A stretch of 64,000 bases of DNA, taken from positions 33,480,933 to 33,544,932 of the forward strand of contig JASCQW010000122.1 of assembly GCA_030264375.1 (NCBI GenBank). The letters are read 5' to 3'. A program made the translations under genes and the position numbers. How positions within the stretch are numbered: the stretch's first letter is position 1; the number at the start of each line of letters is the position of its first letter. A model generated the notes under the pieces. That model searched no databases, had not been told where the DNA came from, and worked only from the letters and a program-made list of their open reading frames with translations. Positions 37,617-50,645 of the stretch are shown piece by piece. Origin of the DNA: Carcharhinus longimanus (Eukaryota).

Positions 37617-38880
37617 AAACAATTAGAAGCAGAAGTAGGCCATTTGGCCCTTCGAGCCTGCTCTGCCATTCGTAATGATCATTGCTGATCATTAAATTCA
37701 AAATCCTGATCTGCCACACCCCCCCCCCGCCCCACTCCCCCAAACATCCCTTGATCCTTTTAGCCCCAAGAGCTATATCTAATTTCTTCTTGAAATCGCA
37801 CAATGTTTCGGCCTCACCTATTTTTTGTGGTAGTGAATTCCACACATTCAGCACCTTCTGAGTGAAGAAATTTCTCCTCACCTCAGTTCTAAAAGGTTTA
37901 CCCCTTATCCCCAACCATAACCCCTAGTTCTGGACTTTCCCACCAAAGTGAACATTCTTTCTGAATCTACCCTGTCTAACCTGTACTCCATGAACAACCC
38001 CACGTGTCCACAACTCTGCACAAGAAAAGACTAACATGAATGAAAATGGAAGAACTCGGGACAACAAACCACAATATAAGGACAAGGCATTACAAAGAAC
38101 AACAAGGGTTGGATGTTTGCCAGGCGAAAAGAGGCAGAGCAAGAAGAAAAGGAGACCTGTCCCCTCTCTGTCCAATCCCAAAAATCTGTTAGAATTTTTT
38201 AAATTTCTATGAGATTTTCTCTCTCTCTTCTAAACTCTAGGGAATATAATCCTAACTGACTTAGTTTTTCTTCATATGACAGACCTGTCAATCCAGAGAT
38301 CAGCCTGGTAAACCTTTAGTGTACTCCCTCTTTAGCAAGGACATCCTTCCTCAGATAAGAACACCAAAACTGCGCACAATATTCCAGGTGTGGCCTCACC
38401 AATGGCCTATACAATTGCAGCAAAACATCCCTATCCCTATACTCTCATCCTTTCCCTTTGAAGACCAACATACTGTTTACTTTCTTTGCAATTTGCTGTT
38501 CCTGTGCACTTTCTTTCAGCGACTGATGCACGAGGGCACCAAGGTCTCGCTGAGTATCCATCTCTGTCAATTTACACCGATTCAGGTAATAATCTGTCTT
38601 CCTATTATTGCTACCAAAATAGATAACCTCGCATTCATCATCATTATACTGCATCTGCCACGCATATGCCCACACACTCAGTCTATCAAAATCATATTCT
38701 TCTTACAGCTCATCCTTGCACCCAACTTTGTATCATCTGCAAATTTGGAGATAATACATTCAGTTCCTGCTTCCAAATTATTAATGTATCAATGTGAACA
38801 ATTGGAGTCCTAGCACAGATCCCTGCGGTACCCCACTAGTACTGCCTGTTAATCAGAAAAAGACCTATTTTATGACAATA
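37617..38880 (-). mobile_element. CR1 LINE 3' portion with an unrelated ~205-bp insert
   Basis: The minus strand gives SKFADDTK, WAYAWQMQYNDDECEVIYFG and GKPFRTEVRRNFFTQKVLNVWNSLPQ; the 3' UTR lies at the left end. Confidence 0.92.
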
Positions 38881-38999
38881 TTTCAGCTTCTTATTATAGA
38901 TTTTAAGTAGATAAGTGTAGTTTTTAACTTTTAACACCCGGATGTGTGAACCCTTTATTGTTTCTTTATTGTTTCTCGTATTAATTTGTTTATGTTGTT

Positions 39000-39165
39000 T
39001 AAGGCAAATCTTTAAGAGGCATCTGGACAAGTACATGTATAGGATGGGAATAGAGGAATATGGTCCCTGGAATGGTAGGGGGTTTTAGTTCAGATGGGCA
39101 GCTTGATCGGAGCAAGCTTGGAGGGTCCAAGGGCCTGTCCCTTTGCTGTAATTTTCTTTGCTCTT
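39000..39165 (+). mobile_element. CR1 3' tail fragment
   Basis: tttaagaggcatctggacaagtacatg...gagggtccaagggcctgtccctttgctgta. Confidence 0.65.
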
Positions 39166-39179
39166 AGCTAATTGAGGTG

Positions 39180-39575
39180 TCAGCATGATTCAGTTCATAC
39201 TTCCATGTCAGATGGTTGTGAGTTTGAGTCCCGCCAAAGGGATTGAGGGGATAACTTACACTGACATTTCTGGCATTGTTGAATGCACTGTCTTTAACGA
39301 AACATTAACTTGAACCCCCAACTGACTATTCAAATGGTTCCGGTAGAAGTTGAAGATCCCATGACACAGTTGAGAGAACAGGGAGATCTGTGTCCTGACC
39401 AACTTCTCCTCTCAAGTAATAATGATTGCAAAAAGATTGAACAACAATACATATCATGGCGTGTGGTGGAAGGATGAGTGATGGAGAATGATTACTATTT
39501 TTGCCTTCTTAACAGTCACTGCCCTCTGAGCAATATTTCACAATACAAGATGCTTGAGATGTGAAAGGTGTTATT
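39180..39575 (+). mobile_element. Deu-domain SINE, decayed
   Basis: tcagatggttgtgagtttgagtccc head and gaagatcccatgacacagttgagagaacagggag...tgtcctgaccaac Deu core. Confidence 0.55.
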
Positions 39576-41869
39576 GGGTGGAGCTTAGCTGGAGTGTGAG
39601 GTGATCACTGAGATGAAGGAAGTATTTTAAATCTTATTGTAGTTTATTGTTTGTTGTGAATGAGAACTGGGCATCTGTGCTATCAGAAATTTATTGCTAC
39701 TCAAAAGTAGCTAAACTCATGATTGTGTTCATGAACTTTTGTACATAAGGGAGATAAAAACAATTGGATTATGTTGCAGAATTCAACATAACTCCCATAC
39801 AATATCCATGTTGTTCAACTGTGTAGCGATGGCAGATAAATCACTTTTCTAACATTCAACAGTGATCAGTATGATGGCTTGTGATTCCATTATGTTCTCG
39901 GATTCAAACAACTTTGTGATTCTTTGGATTTATTTTTATGCCTGATATGAATTAATACATAATTGAACAGTTCTTCCTTCGAACTTGGTGCTTGTATGCC
40001 ATCAAGAAATTACCTAGTTATGTCATCACTACAGGGACTGAATGTTTCACCGTCTGCTTTGTGCTTTCAAATTCAGTTGATCAGACCTCCTTTTAGTCAT
40101 AAACATATGAATTTCACAGCACAGCAGAAATCGCTGCAGCAATATTGAAGTGGAATACTCACAATATTNNNNNNNNNNNNNNNNNNNNNNNNNNNNNNNN
40201 NNNNNNNNNNNNNNNNNNNNNNNNNNNNNNNNNNNNNNNNNNNNNNNNAAGTTTAAAAATATAAAAGGCCTGTAGTGTGAGGAAAAATGCCACAGATGCA
40301 TATGCTTTTTCAAAGTCATGTAACAGGCAGATACCTGGTAAGTTGTGCGCTTCTGTACAAAACATCAAGTCATAAATCATAATATTCTCACCAATAAATC
40401 TTGTACAACCTTTTTTATCCTCATTTATTATTAATGACAAGTAGGACTTAATATTTTATTTTTTGCTAACCATGGATATTCCATTTTTATGCATAGAATT
40501 TAATGATATAATCATATATCTGTATTTTTTTCTCCGGGTTCAGACATTACTCATTTTGTATAAAAGTGTTGATGGCAATTAGTTTGTAATCTTTTCTGTG
40601 TATTAGCTAGAACCTGATATATTCTGTGAAAAAGAGTTTATAAATGCATTTTTGGAACTATTAGGTAGTTTCAGATATTTTAACATAAGGTTGCTTGACT
40701 AGAGTGTAAGTTTATAGGTGCTCCACCTTGAACACTTCTTATTTGAATGCTTTGGTGCATGATAATTAACTGTAAGTCAGTGCTGTCTGTAATCTGGAGT
40801 TTATAATGGAATTCAGCTGTTGCATGTGCTTTTGTGGTTTGCTTGATGCATTGGGAAAACAGAAAAAGATGCGACGGGAAGCGCAGAAATGTAATCAAGG
40901 CAAGTAGGAGGCAAATAGACGAGACAGATGAAGGAACTAGAAAGAAAAGCAAAAGATTAAGTTATGAATTACTAATTAAGAAATGCACAACAAAGAAGTA
41001 GCTGTCAAAAGAAAGCATGAGTAAGAAAAAATGAGAAGTAGGGCAAAGGGGAAAAATGCAGAGCTGAATGAAAAATATTGAGGTGGAAGCTTTAGCCAGA
41101 ATGAAAATACAGGAAAAAGTTAAATTGTTTTGTTTTATTTTCTTCCCGGGTATCACTGTTTTGCAGAATTTAAATTAATTGTTTCTGACCAATGAGTGGC
41201 TTCAGGTCTTTATGATATCAGTACCTTTGTGGTTATTGTTACCAAAACTTGGATCCTCACTGGCTGTTTTGTGATCACAGCATGGATGCCCTGTTCATGT
41301 CTCACACTCAGCAAGTCTACTCAAAGTAGCTTGTGGTGAAAACCCACATCTCTGTGGTTGCAAAATATAAATATTGTTTAAAATTGCTTTTCTAGTGTCA
41401 GCTTTGCTTGTAACTGTTACTCTACACTACTGTTTGTAATAGTTTGTAAGTATTTTCATGGAAAGTATGTGCCTCTAGAATATTCTGAGTTTTGATGGTG
41501 GGGGTGGCGGCGGTGGAGGATCAATGTTTTGTTCCATCAAAGGTTTTCTCCTTGAATGAGTTCTAAAAGATGACAAACAGAACAAATCTCAGCAGATATT
41601 GTGGGGGTGGGATGGGAGGGTGGAATTAGAACAAGACGTGATGGAAACCGACTGATCATACTGGCAGTAATGCTAGGAAGCAGATGTGTTCTAATAGGAT
41701 CCCCATAGTTTACATCACAAAAGTGTGCCTACCTCACTGCTTGACTGATGGAATGGGGGATATGCAAAGTCCAGTGGAGTGAAATATTTTGAAAAAGCAC
41801 TATCCACTTGGTCCACAGCTCCAGATGCTTACTTTATATTTGCAGTCCCTGTCCTGTTTTTTCCTCCCC

Positions 41870-42206
41870 CTTTAAAATGTTTTTTCTTCTTGATAGTCTT
41901 GCCATGCTCTAGCAGAGGGGAAACAGTGGTCACGGTTGCAGTCTTCTCCATTGTGTATTTGTCAATACTTTCTCTTGATAAACCAGCAGGAGGTGTAATT
42001 CAAGCATTGCAAGCTGGTACATATCAGTTTTTCCTCACCAGGATGGAACAGCTCCCTCCACTTCGTACTGTAACCTGCAGCCTGGCCAAGACCTGACAAA
42101 ACTCACCCAACCAAGGCAAGGAAATTGGACAGACAGGCAGTTGTGTAATTTAGGATTTCAAACCTCTTGCTGGGAGTTAAGCGCTCAACCACTTGAACCT
42201 CAACCC
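41870..42206 (-). mobile_element. Old tRNA-derived SINE (unclassified)
   Basis: The minus strand begins gggttgaggttcaagtggttgagcgcttaactccc...ggtttgaaatcc, with A- and B-box-like motifs. Confidence 0.4.
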
Positions 42207-42370
42207 TGTGTAATTTAAGAAATTCTGTAGATGTATGGTAGGTAATTCAATCATGCACAATTTGCAGTAAATTTCACAGTATAGTGCGAAAGTGAAAATA
42301 ATTTTAACGGTAACCCTTTAAGGACTGCAACAGCTTCCATTCTAAAAAGAAGACACTGAGTTCCGGGAAG

Positions 42371-43283
42371 AGTTACGACTGCAAAAGTCAAATCCCAGGG
42401 TGAGATACGTGGACAAATAGTCACAGGACAACTGATGAACTTTCAATAAAAGAGGAAAACATTTATTAGATGAAAAATGATTGACCAAAATACACCAACT
42501 ACTGTGTCACTGTGGGTGGCACAGTTGTTAGCACTCCTGCCTCTCTGCACCAGAGACCCAGTTTTGATTCCCGGCTTGGGTCACTGTCTGTGTGGAATTT
42601 GTACATTTTCCCTGTGTTTGTATGGGTTTTCTCTGGTTTCCTCCCACACTCCAAAGATGCGCAGGTTAAGTTGATTGGCCATGATAAACTGTCCCTAGTT
42701 TCAGGAGGATTAGCAGGGTAAATATGTGGTGTGATGGGAATAGGGCCTGGGTAGGATTGTGGTCGGTGCAGACTCGATGGGCCAAATGGTCTCCTTCTGC
42801 ACTGTAGGGATTCTTTGATTCAATGAACTCTTTCATTCCAGATGTGCAGTTAGTTTCTGTTCTTTAGATTCTGGAATTTACTTTCTATTCCTCTGCGTTG
42901 TAATGTCTGTTCTAACAGTTTCCGTGGAATGCTTCTTGCTCTGGGTTGCCTGGTTCCAGACTGAAAGTAAAGCTTTTTGATTTTCAGTGTGGGTCTCTGG
43001 CTACGAAGCGACAACTTAGTTTTTTTAAAACAAAACTCTAATTACATTTACGTTGTAAAACCTTTGTCGTCACAATGCCTGCAAAATTTAAAGTGAACCT
43101 AAATCTACAGACTTGTAGGCACCTTTGCTTAACATGAAGTTAAACGGAAGTTTTAACCCTTTCTTAGCACACGAATACAAAAACACAAATTCGGCTTAAA
43201 ATTCAACTTAAACTTCAACATGTGGCATTATTCCTAACACATAATGTGAATATCAATTACTTCGCCATCTTTATTTCCTAACA
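42371..43283 (-). mobile_element. Possible LTR remnant hosting an HE1 SINE
   Basis: Begins (a)gttacgac and ends ...cctaaca, with a minus-strand AATAAA near 42465. No TSD seen. Confidence 0.3.
42514..42822 (+). mobile_element. HE1-type V-SINE
   Basis: gggtggcacagttgttagcactcctgcctc...ggtttcctcccacactccaaagatgcgcaggttaagttgattggccatg...gcagactcgatgggccaaatggtctccttctgcactgtagggattct. Confidence 0.9.
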
Positions 43284-43462
43284 CACAATATGGCATAGAA
43301 AGAGGCAATTTAGTCCATTGAATCGGAACCAGCTTATTCAAAGATTTAATTAATTATTTCAAAAGCCTTCTTTATCTCCCTATGCATATCACTGTCTATC
43401 TTCCTAATTCAAATATTTATCCACTTCCTTTTTTAAAGTTAGTATTGAATCTGGCCCTGACA

Positions 43463-44920
43463 GTTTTCAGCCAATTCGATTCACTCCACATGCTATCAAG
43501 AAATGGCTGAAAGCACTGGATATTATGGGCCCTGACGATATTCCAAAAATAGTACTGAGGATATGCTCCAGAAATTGCTGCATTCTCAGCCAAGCTGTTT
43601 CAGTACTACTGGAACACTGAGATCTAACCAGCAATGTAGAAAACTGCCCAGATTTGGCCTGCCCACAAAATGAGGGATGAATCCAAACTGGCCAATTATT
43701 ACTCCATCAGTCTACGCTTGATCATCAGGAAAATGATGGAGGGGATCATCAGTGATGCTATCAAGCAGCACTTCCTCAGCAAAAACCTGCTCACTGATGA
43801 TTAGTTTGGGTTCCACCAGAGCCCTCAGTTCCTGGCCTTATTACAGCCTTGGTTTAAACGTTGGCAAAAGAGCTGAACTCCAGAGATGAGAGTAAGATGC
43901 CCTGCCATCAAGGTAACATTTGACCAAATCTGGTAAAAAGGAGCCCTAACAAAACAGGAGTTAATGGGAATCGGGTAAAACTCTTCGCTGATTAGAGTCA
44001 TACCTGGCACAAAAGAAGACAGTTGTAGTTGTTGTAGGTCAATCATTGCAGGTCCAGGACATCACTATGAGAATACCTTAGAGTAGTGTCCTAAGCCCAA
44101 TGATTTTCAGCTGCTTCATCAATGATCTTCCTACCATAGCAACATCAGAAGTGAGGATGTCCGCTGATAACTGAACAAAGTTCAACACCATTCATGAGTT
44201 CTCACACTGAAGTAATCTGTGTCCTAATGCAAAAAGGCCTGGACGATATTTAGGCTTGGGCTGACAAGTGACAAGTAATAATTGCCTGGCACTTGTGTTG
44301 CACAATCTCCAACCACCTCCAACAAGAGAGAACCTAACTTTTGACCCTTAACGTTCAATGTTATTCCCATCACTGAAAATCCCACTATCAATATCCTGGG
44401 GGTTGCCATTGACCTGGAACTGAACTGGACTAGTCATGTAAATCCTGTGGCTACAAGAACAGGTCAGAAGCTAGGAATCCTGTGGTGAGTAATTCACCTC
44501 CTGATTCCCCAAAACCTGTCCACACTCTACAAGGCACAAATCAGGATTGTGATGGAATGCTCTCCACTTGCTTGAATAAGTACAGTTTGAAAAACACTCA
44601 AGAAGCTGAACACCATCTGGCCCACTTCCTTGGCAACTTCTCCACAAAACATCACTCTCTCCACCACCGAAGTGCAACAGCAGCAATGTGTAGCCTCTAC
44701 AAATGCACGGCATGAACTCAACTAGGCTCCTTAAACAGCACCTTCGAAATCCACAACCATTACAAATCTAGACGAACAAGGATAGCAGACATGGCAGAAC
44801 CACCCCCAGGAAGTTCCTCTCCAAGGCATTCACCAACTTGACTTGGAAATACATCACTGTAGCTTCACTGTTGCTGGGTCAAAATCCTGGAGCTCCCTGC
44901 CTAACAGCACTGCTGTTGTG
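43463..44920 (+). mobile_element. CR1/L2-group LINE RT region, decayed
   Basis: MGPDDIPKIVL...AKLFQY...SKLANYYSISL...FGFHQ...FSCFINDLP...SEVRMSADN; homologous to the reverse complement of 26135-27125. Confidence 0.88.
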
Positions 44921-47900
44921 AGTTTGAAGGATACTGTCTAAGGGGTCTAGAGATTGTGGAGTGTTTGCCAAATAAGTGGGTTGCTTTGCTCTGGATGCTA
45001 TTCAGCTTCTTGAGTGGTGCGTGTTACGAGAGTTATTAAAAATGATTCTAAATAAAAACATTCCCTAATTTATAAATGTCTCTAGTTTTATTTTTCAGGC
45101 TTTTAACTGGTAACCTCGATTTACTTTGCCTGTGCTGTTTCATGTTTTACATAGCTCCGCCACATCCACTTTTGACCCCACCTTCTCTTTAGATTGTAAC
45201 AATTAAGATCATGGCAAATTGCCTTTTAATAAAAATCATTTATCTGCTAGTGATGATTATATCCCTGCACTGTGTACTAGCTGTTGTTGCAAATGGTATT
45301 TAAGTACAACCAAATCACCTAGAAATGTAACTTACAATGTGACGATTTCACACCACTTCAGGAAACTCTTTAGTATTATATCCTTATTGGTAGCTTGGAA
45401 GCAATAAAATGGAGAGGTGGAGGTAGGAACAAGAATGAGCCATAATTTACCAGACTTCCAATCACCCTGCCATTTGCTATTTCCAATTTAATCGTCTATG
45501 TCTGCTTCAGATATTTCATACCGGATACCATTGCAATTGAGTCCAGAATGATAGGGATCATCAGTCTCATCTATTAAATTGCAGGTTTCCTATTCAACTA
45601 CTTTTACTGAGATAGTATGTTGGTTAGAGACAATTCTTCACTGCTACCAGCTGTTAAAGTGTTAGCCCTCTTTTCTGTTTCTTATTACAGCTGCTACACA
45701 GTAGTAGATAGTAATACCGGAAAATGTGCCAGACTCACTTAAGACAGCAGGAAATGTTTAAAACTTCTTTCACTGTTCTTTCTTGCTTTTGACAGTTTTA
45801 AAATTGAATTATTTGCGAGAGTCACAATGTTCTATAAACAGAAGCTGGAAATTAAAACCCTTAAAAAATGATATGAAGGGGAAGAAATCAAATTCGGAGA
45901 AATAAATAATTTATAACAATGTTTAATTGCCTAACCTGCAAATTATTAGTTGGATACCGTAAAATCTTTGCCTGAATTTTGCCAAAATTATGGTGGCTGA
46001 TCGGGCGAAATCTCAAGCCAATTCCAAACATGTCAAGTGTTTTGAAAATTTCTCAAGCATGCATACAAGCCATTGTCGTGTTATGTTTTACTTAGTTATA
46101 ATTTGGATAAAATATACATAATTTTGGCATATTGTAAGAACTTTTTTGAGAACCTAATACTTATCCTTAATATATTTAAGTAAAGAGTGATTTTTAGTCA
46201 TTCAGTTTTTGGCCGAATTCAATTAAACTGATCCTGCTGAAAGGGTTATTTGGTTCCCCTCCCCAAAATCAATCGTACGCTATAAGATCCAAACGATTGT
46301 ATAACTTGATAAAAGGGCTTAGACAATATTGGACTATTTTAGAGTTGAGAAATTAATGTGATAAGTACCTTGTTGCCTATACAACGTATATGTATGGATT
46401 TTTTGTTGGTATTAAAGTATAATTTAAAATTAATTTGTTACAGTACAATTTGTTACACTGCGCAGTTTTCATTTAGTCATTGATATACAGCGTACCAGGT
46501 AATCATCAAATTATAAAGATTATGGTGTATCATTATATAATCCAAAGTACATGGAGAATACCAAGAGCTGAAAACAATTGCCTTTGCTCTTCATAAAATA
46601 ATTCATCTGAACTCTTGTAAATCAGCCTTCATTTCAGTAATGTTTTAATAGTGCATTATTTAGCCACGCAATGTTTAAAACTTAGCTGTCATTTATTCTG
46701 CATTAGCTGAAGATTGTAATTTTTTAAACAGAAAACCTGTTTAAAAGCTTTTTAGTTTCTCAGCAGAGAGCAACATTTATTTATCAGATGTTGGATATTT
46801 TCTAAGATAAAAGTCAGCAAGTTTATATTGTTCCTCATGTTTGAATTTGGATAATCAAAGCAACTTCTGTAAATAATTTCACCGACAAACATTCTTTTCA
46901 GTATACCATTGCTGATCAAAGTTCAGGATATATATTTTTTTCCAGTAACCAACTATACATGCTGTAATCTGTTAAAAGGCAATTAAAGTTTGAATTGTTT
47001 ATGGCGGCATTCAGATATGGATAATGGTCATTTCCTTTATTTTTTTTCCCCAGCTTGTAAAAACAATTCCGTAGGGCATTGCATTTGTCACCCAATTCTG
47101 AACTACATGAGAAAGGCAATACTAGGAAGAGGCTAAGTAAAGATGTCTAAAGTCAATGAAGAATGGTATTTTGAACGGTAAATTCTTCAGGCAAAATAAG
47201 CAAAGGATATCTTTGACATTGTAAAAGTATCTCAGCAGAGATAGATGGTATCATAGGCATTAACAGGAAAGTCATAGGATGGAAGTGAATGTGTTTCTAT
47301 GGAAGCTGTAAATCTGAAGATCAGGGCCACAGGGTGACACTTTATCATCTGAATCATTTGAACTCGGGCCTTAGTTATAAGGGACTGACACTTCTTAAAT
47401 GGATGAAGTACTGGGTCACTGCAAGGGAAAAAAAATAGGTACATATCTGAGATACACCTGAGTAGTATGTCAGCCTCAAGATTAGCAATCACATGGGTCA
47501 TGTCTTTTAAAAGCATGATTTATAACAAGCGCTTTCACTTACTAAACTTAATGGTAGGTGTAAAAGGAAATTATTGTTTTTCTTATTTACTTACAGCTTA
47601 CAGCAAATAATAGGTGATTTAAGCCCTTGACTTTCAGATGTTAAATATTTAATTTATGTATCATAGTGATCTAGAAACCTATCCACCTCCCCCCACCTCT
47701 CCAAACATTCCGGATTCATTAAGTTACTTCTTGGCAAGGGAAAATTTGTAATTATTTTTAAAAATATTTTTAAAATGATAAATACTTCAGTTTTTATTTC
47801 TTGCAAAGGTTTTTTTGTGTTCTGTACTCACTCACTTCTATGTCCTTTAATTTCTGCCAGTGTGATTTCATGTAATCTAATGGCAATAATGAATATTTTA

Positions 47901-48340
47901 AACCTGAAATTTAAAAATGCAGCAAACCAGAGAAAATGCTATCATGCATAATGTTTCGTGAATAAAGAAAATAGCATGATTTAAAACAGTTTTTAACCAG
48001 CTCAAGTAAAATATTCAATTTGAGAACTGTAATTTTTTAGAGTTTTGATTTTTTTTTATTTTTAATGCCAGTTTGGCATAAAATAGTTGGTAGACAGTTT
48101 ACTAAGGATACTTATACTTTGCATTCAGAGCTCTGCAGAAAGTTTTGTAAATCGTTTCTGCGGGCTGCATTAAATACCAATTTGGTTGTTTTTCCTATGG
48201 TGAAACCTTAAATTGAATCTTTTTTGATCTGTATACTGGCTTTGAAATTGCCCTTATCTGTTTACCCCCAGAAATTCATTCTGCGTTCTGACAAGTAGAT
48301 TGTATGTACATATTGATATAAATAAATGCTCTTGTTAGAC

Positions 48341-48613
48341 CATTTCAGAGGTTAATTAAGAGTCAATAATATTGCTGTGGGGCTGGAGTCACATTGGGCT
48401 AGATCTGGTAAGGATGTCAGATTTCCTTCTCTTAAGGTCATTGACCAGATGTGTTTTTGGAACAATTGGTAGTTTCATGCCCACTATTACTAAGGCTAGC
48501 TTTATGTTCCAGATTTATATCAATTGAATCCCAATTTCACTAGCTACCATGGTGGTATTTGAATACATGTTCCCAGAGATTACTGGGCCAGTGAGATTAA
48601 CACTGCATCACCA
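48341..48613 (-). mobile_element. Copy of the SINE family at 13273
   Basis: ttgctgtggggctggagtcaca...ggtaaggatgtcagatttccttc...ccatggtggtatttgaa is the reverse complement of the family body and head. Confidence 0.75.
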
Positions 48614-49127
48614 TAAGTATGATGATGTGTACATGATTATGTGGAAGAATTCTCAAGTTTATGTAGAAGTAGAAATTATATTGGCCTTGATCAATGAACC
48701 TTGACTAACAAAAGTGCAGCAGTGTTGTTTACTGTGTTTCATTGGTGATGGTCGGTGTTTGGTTCCATTCTTAGTTATCCGATTGTAGCCAGCATGGCCC
48801 AGATCTTCCAGTTGACAGATCGTTGGAAACTAGCTATACTTCAGAAAATTCAGGGGTCCCCTCGGAAGTCTCAGCACACTGACTTTATGGGAATTACCCA
48901 GGAAATGTGAACTTTTATTAAGCAATTCCCCTGCTTCCTGGAGCCTTCCAAGTCTGGGTTAGGTTTAAAGAATTTGGACAGTTCTGATTTACTTATGTGG
49001 ATTGCTATCCAGGAAAAGTTAAACAAATTAAAATCTAATCTAATTCCTGCATAACCATACAATAGGACCCACATTGACTCCTTCTGACCCCATTTGACTT
49101 GCAACACTACACTGACTCACTCTCACC

Positions 49128-49944
49128 TGTTATGGTTCAGGTCAGAAGTTCTGAAGAGTTTTATGGAAACTGCCTGAATAAAAAGTTCTGCATGTTGAAT
49201 TTGGTAGGATAAGCATGATATGGCTCATCTCAGTCTGATTCAAATGACCCACTAGGGAGCTTTTACCAAACAAAATTTATTTAATAAGTTAACATGTATA
49301 GTAAAAATATTAGCAATAGCTCCTATCGATTACAAACAACACCAAAACAACCATGATAATGTATAACCCTTAATGGATATAAGAGCTGTCTCAATCAAAC
49401 CAATCCCATAAACAAGACCCTTCAAATAGGTTTAATACAGCATAGACTAATGCTCACGTGATACTGGAATTGAGTCCTTTGGATGAGCAATTCTCTGGAT
49501 AGACTCAGAACAGTTTGAAGTCAGAACAGCTTCCCAAAACACCAGGAACTCCAGGCAAGCCGCCAACAGCAGATTCCCCCCTTCAGAAAGGTAAGACCTT
49601 GCTTTCAGATGACCAGCAGAATTTCCAAAACCAAGGACAGAGAGACTCCTTTCTAGCTTGATGCCCCTCCTAAAACTAATACTCAAACTGCAACTCCAAG
49701 CCGAAAATGAAAAAATTCCTATTACCTGACCTGCCAACCAGTTTTTTTCCAAATAATGCAGAGTCATAAACATCCCAGTAAAAATAAACAAATTGCCTTT
49801 TAAACAGCAATAAAATGACATCTCCGGTCAAGCCAGTGCCGTAATGACATCAGCTAAGGCTGTAAGCTGAGAAACATAGAAGCTGAGAGAACTGCAGAGA
49901 TCATAATTTTTTAAAAAATCTCTTAAAGATGCACTAACGTCACA
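49128..49944 (-). mobile_element. Solo LTR (817 bp) with perfect 4-bp TSD
   Basis: TGTTAT...GTCACA termini flanked by CACC (49124-49127) and CACC (49945-49948); colinear with 17766-18581. A 4-bp TSD fits a Gypsy-type integrase. Confidence 0.88.
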
Positions 49945-49949
49945 CACCA

Positions 49950-50300
49950 CTATCGCATAAAGTTTACTGATTCCTACTGACCCAGTCCATCATCTAAGAT
50001 CCACTGACCTCCCAACTCTCCAGACTCAACCAGACTAGATCTGACCAGTCCTTGACTCACTCCCAATACAACCTGGTTAATCCCTGACCTAGCAATCCCT
50101 CCTGACCTGATCCACTTGCCACACCTCCCATCTCACCCGGCTACCCACCTCAATTTTGCTATTCGTGCATCCTACCACCTTAACCACCTGATACCTTACC
50201 CCCACCATGGTATTGTCACATCCACCAGCCGCCCTGCTCACCTGCTGCCTTTCCTACTTGCTACTGTACCCACCTCCTGCCACCTTACTCCCCTCCACTT
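49950..50300. repeat. C-rich degenerate low-complexity tract (ctgacc/ccac-like units)
   Basis: Strong C-over-G skew; appears to continue the sequence left of the solo LTR (about 49075-49127). Confidence 0.45.
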
Positions 50301-50474
50301 GAGGGTAATTGCCACTTCGCAGAAGATTTGGGCCCATATCTTTAGCAATGACTTCTTCTCCCATCCCTGTGTGGCCTTAGAAATGCCTAATAAATCTATC
50401 CTTTGAACCCTTCACTTTCTCAATTGCACTCTGCTTCTTAGTGAATCATCAGTAGACATTGATCAGATTCCAAA

Positions 50475-50645
50475 AGAAAATGAAAGACTTGTATTGATAT
50501 AGCACTTTTCATGATCATTGGAGGCCTCAAAGCATGTTATGGGCAATGAAATACTTTTTGAAGATGAGTCACTGTTGTAATGAAGGAAATTCAACAGCCA
50601 GCTTGTACACAGCAAACTCCCACGTACAGCAATGTGATACAGAGA
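50475..50645 (-). mobile_element. Deu-SINE family 3' tail
   Basis: aaagacttgtattgatatagcacttttca...cacagcaaactcccac...cagcaatgtga is the reverse complement of the tail at 56335-56520. Confidence 0.6.
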
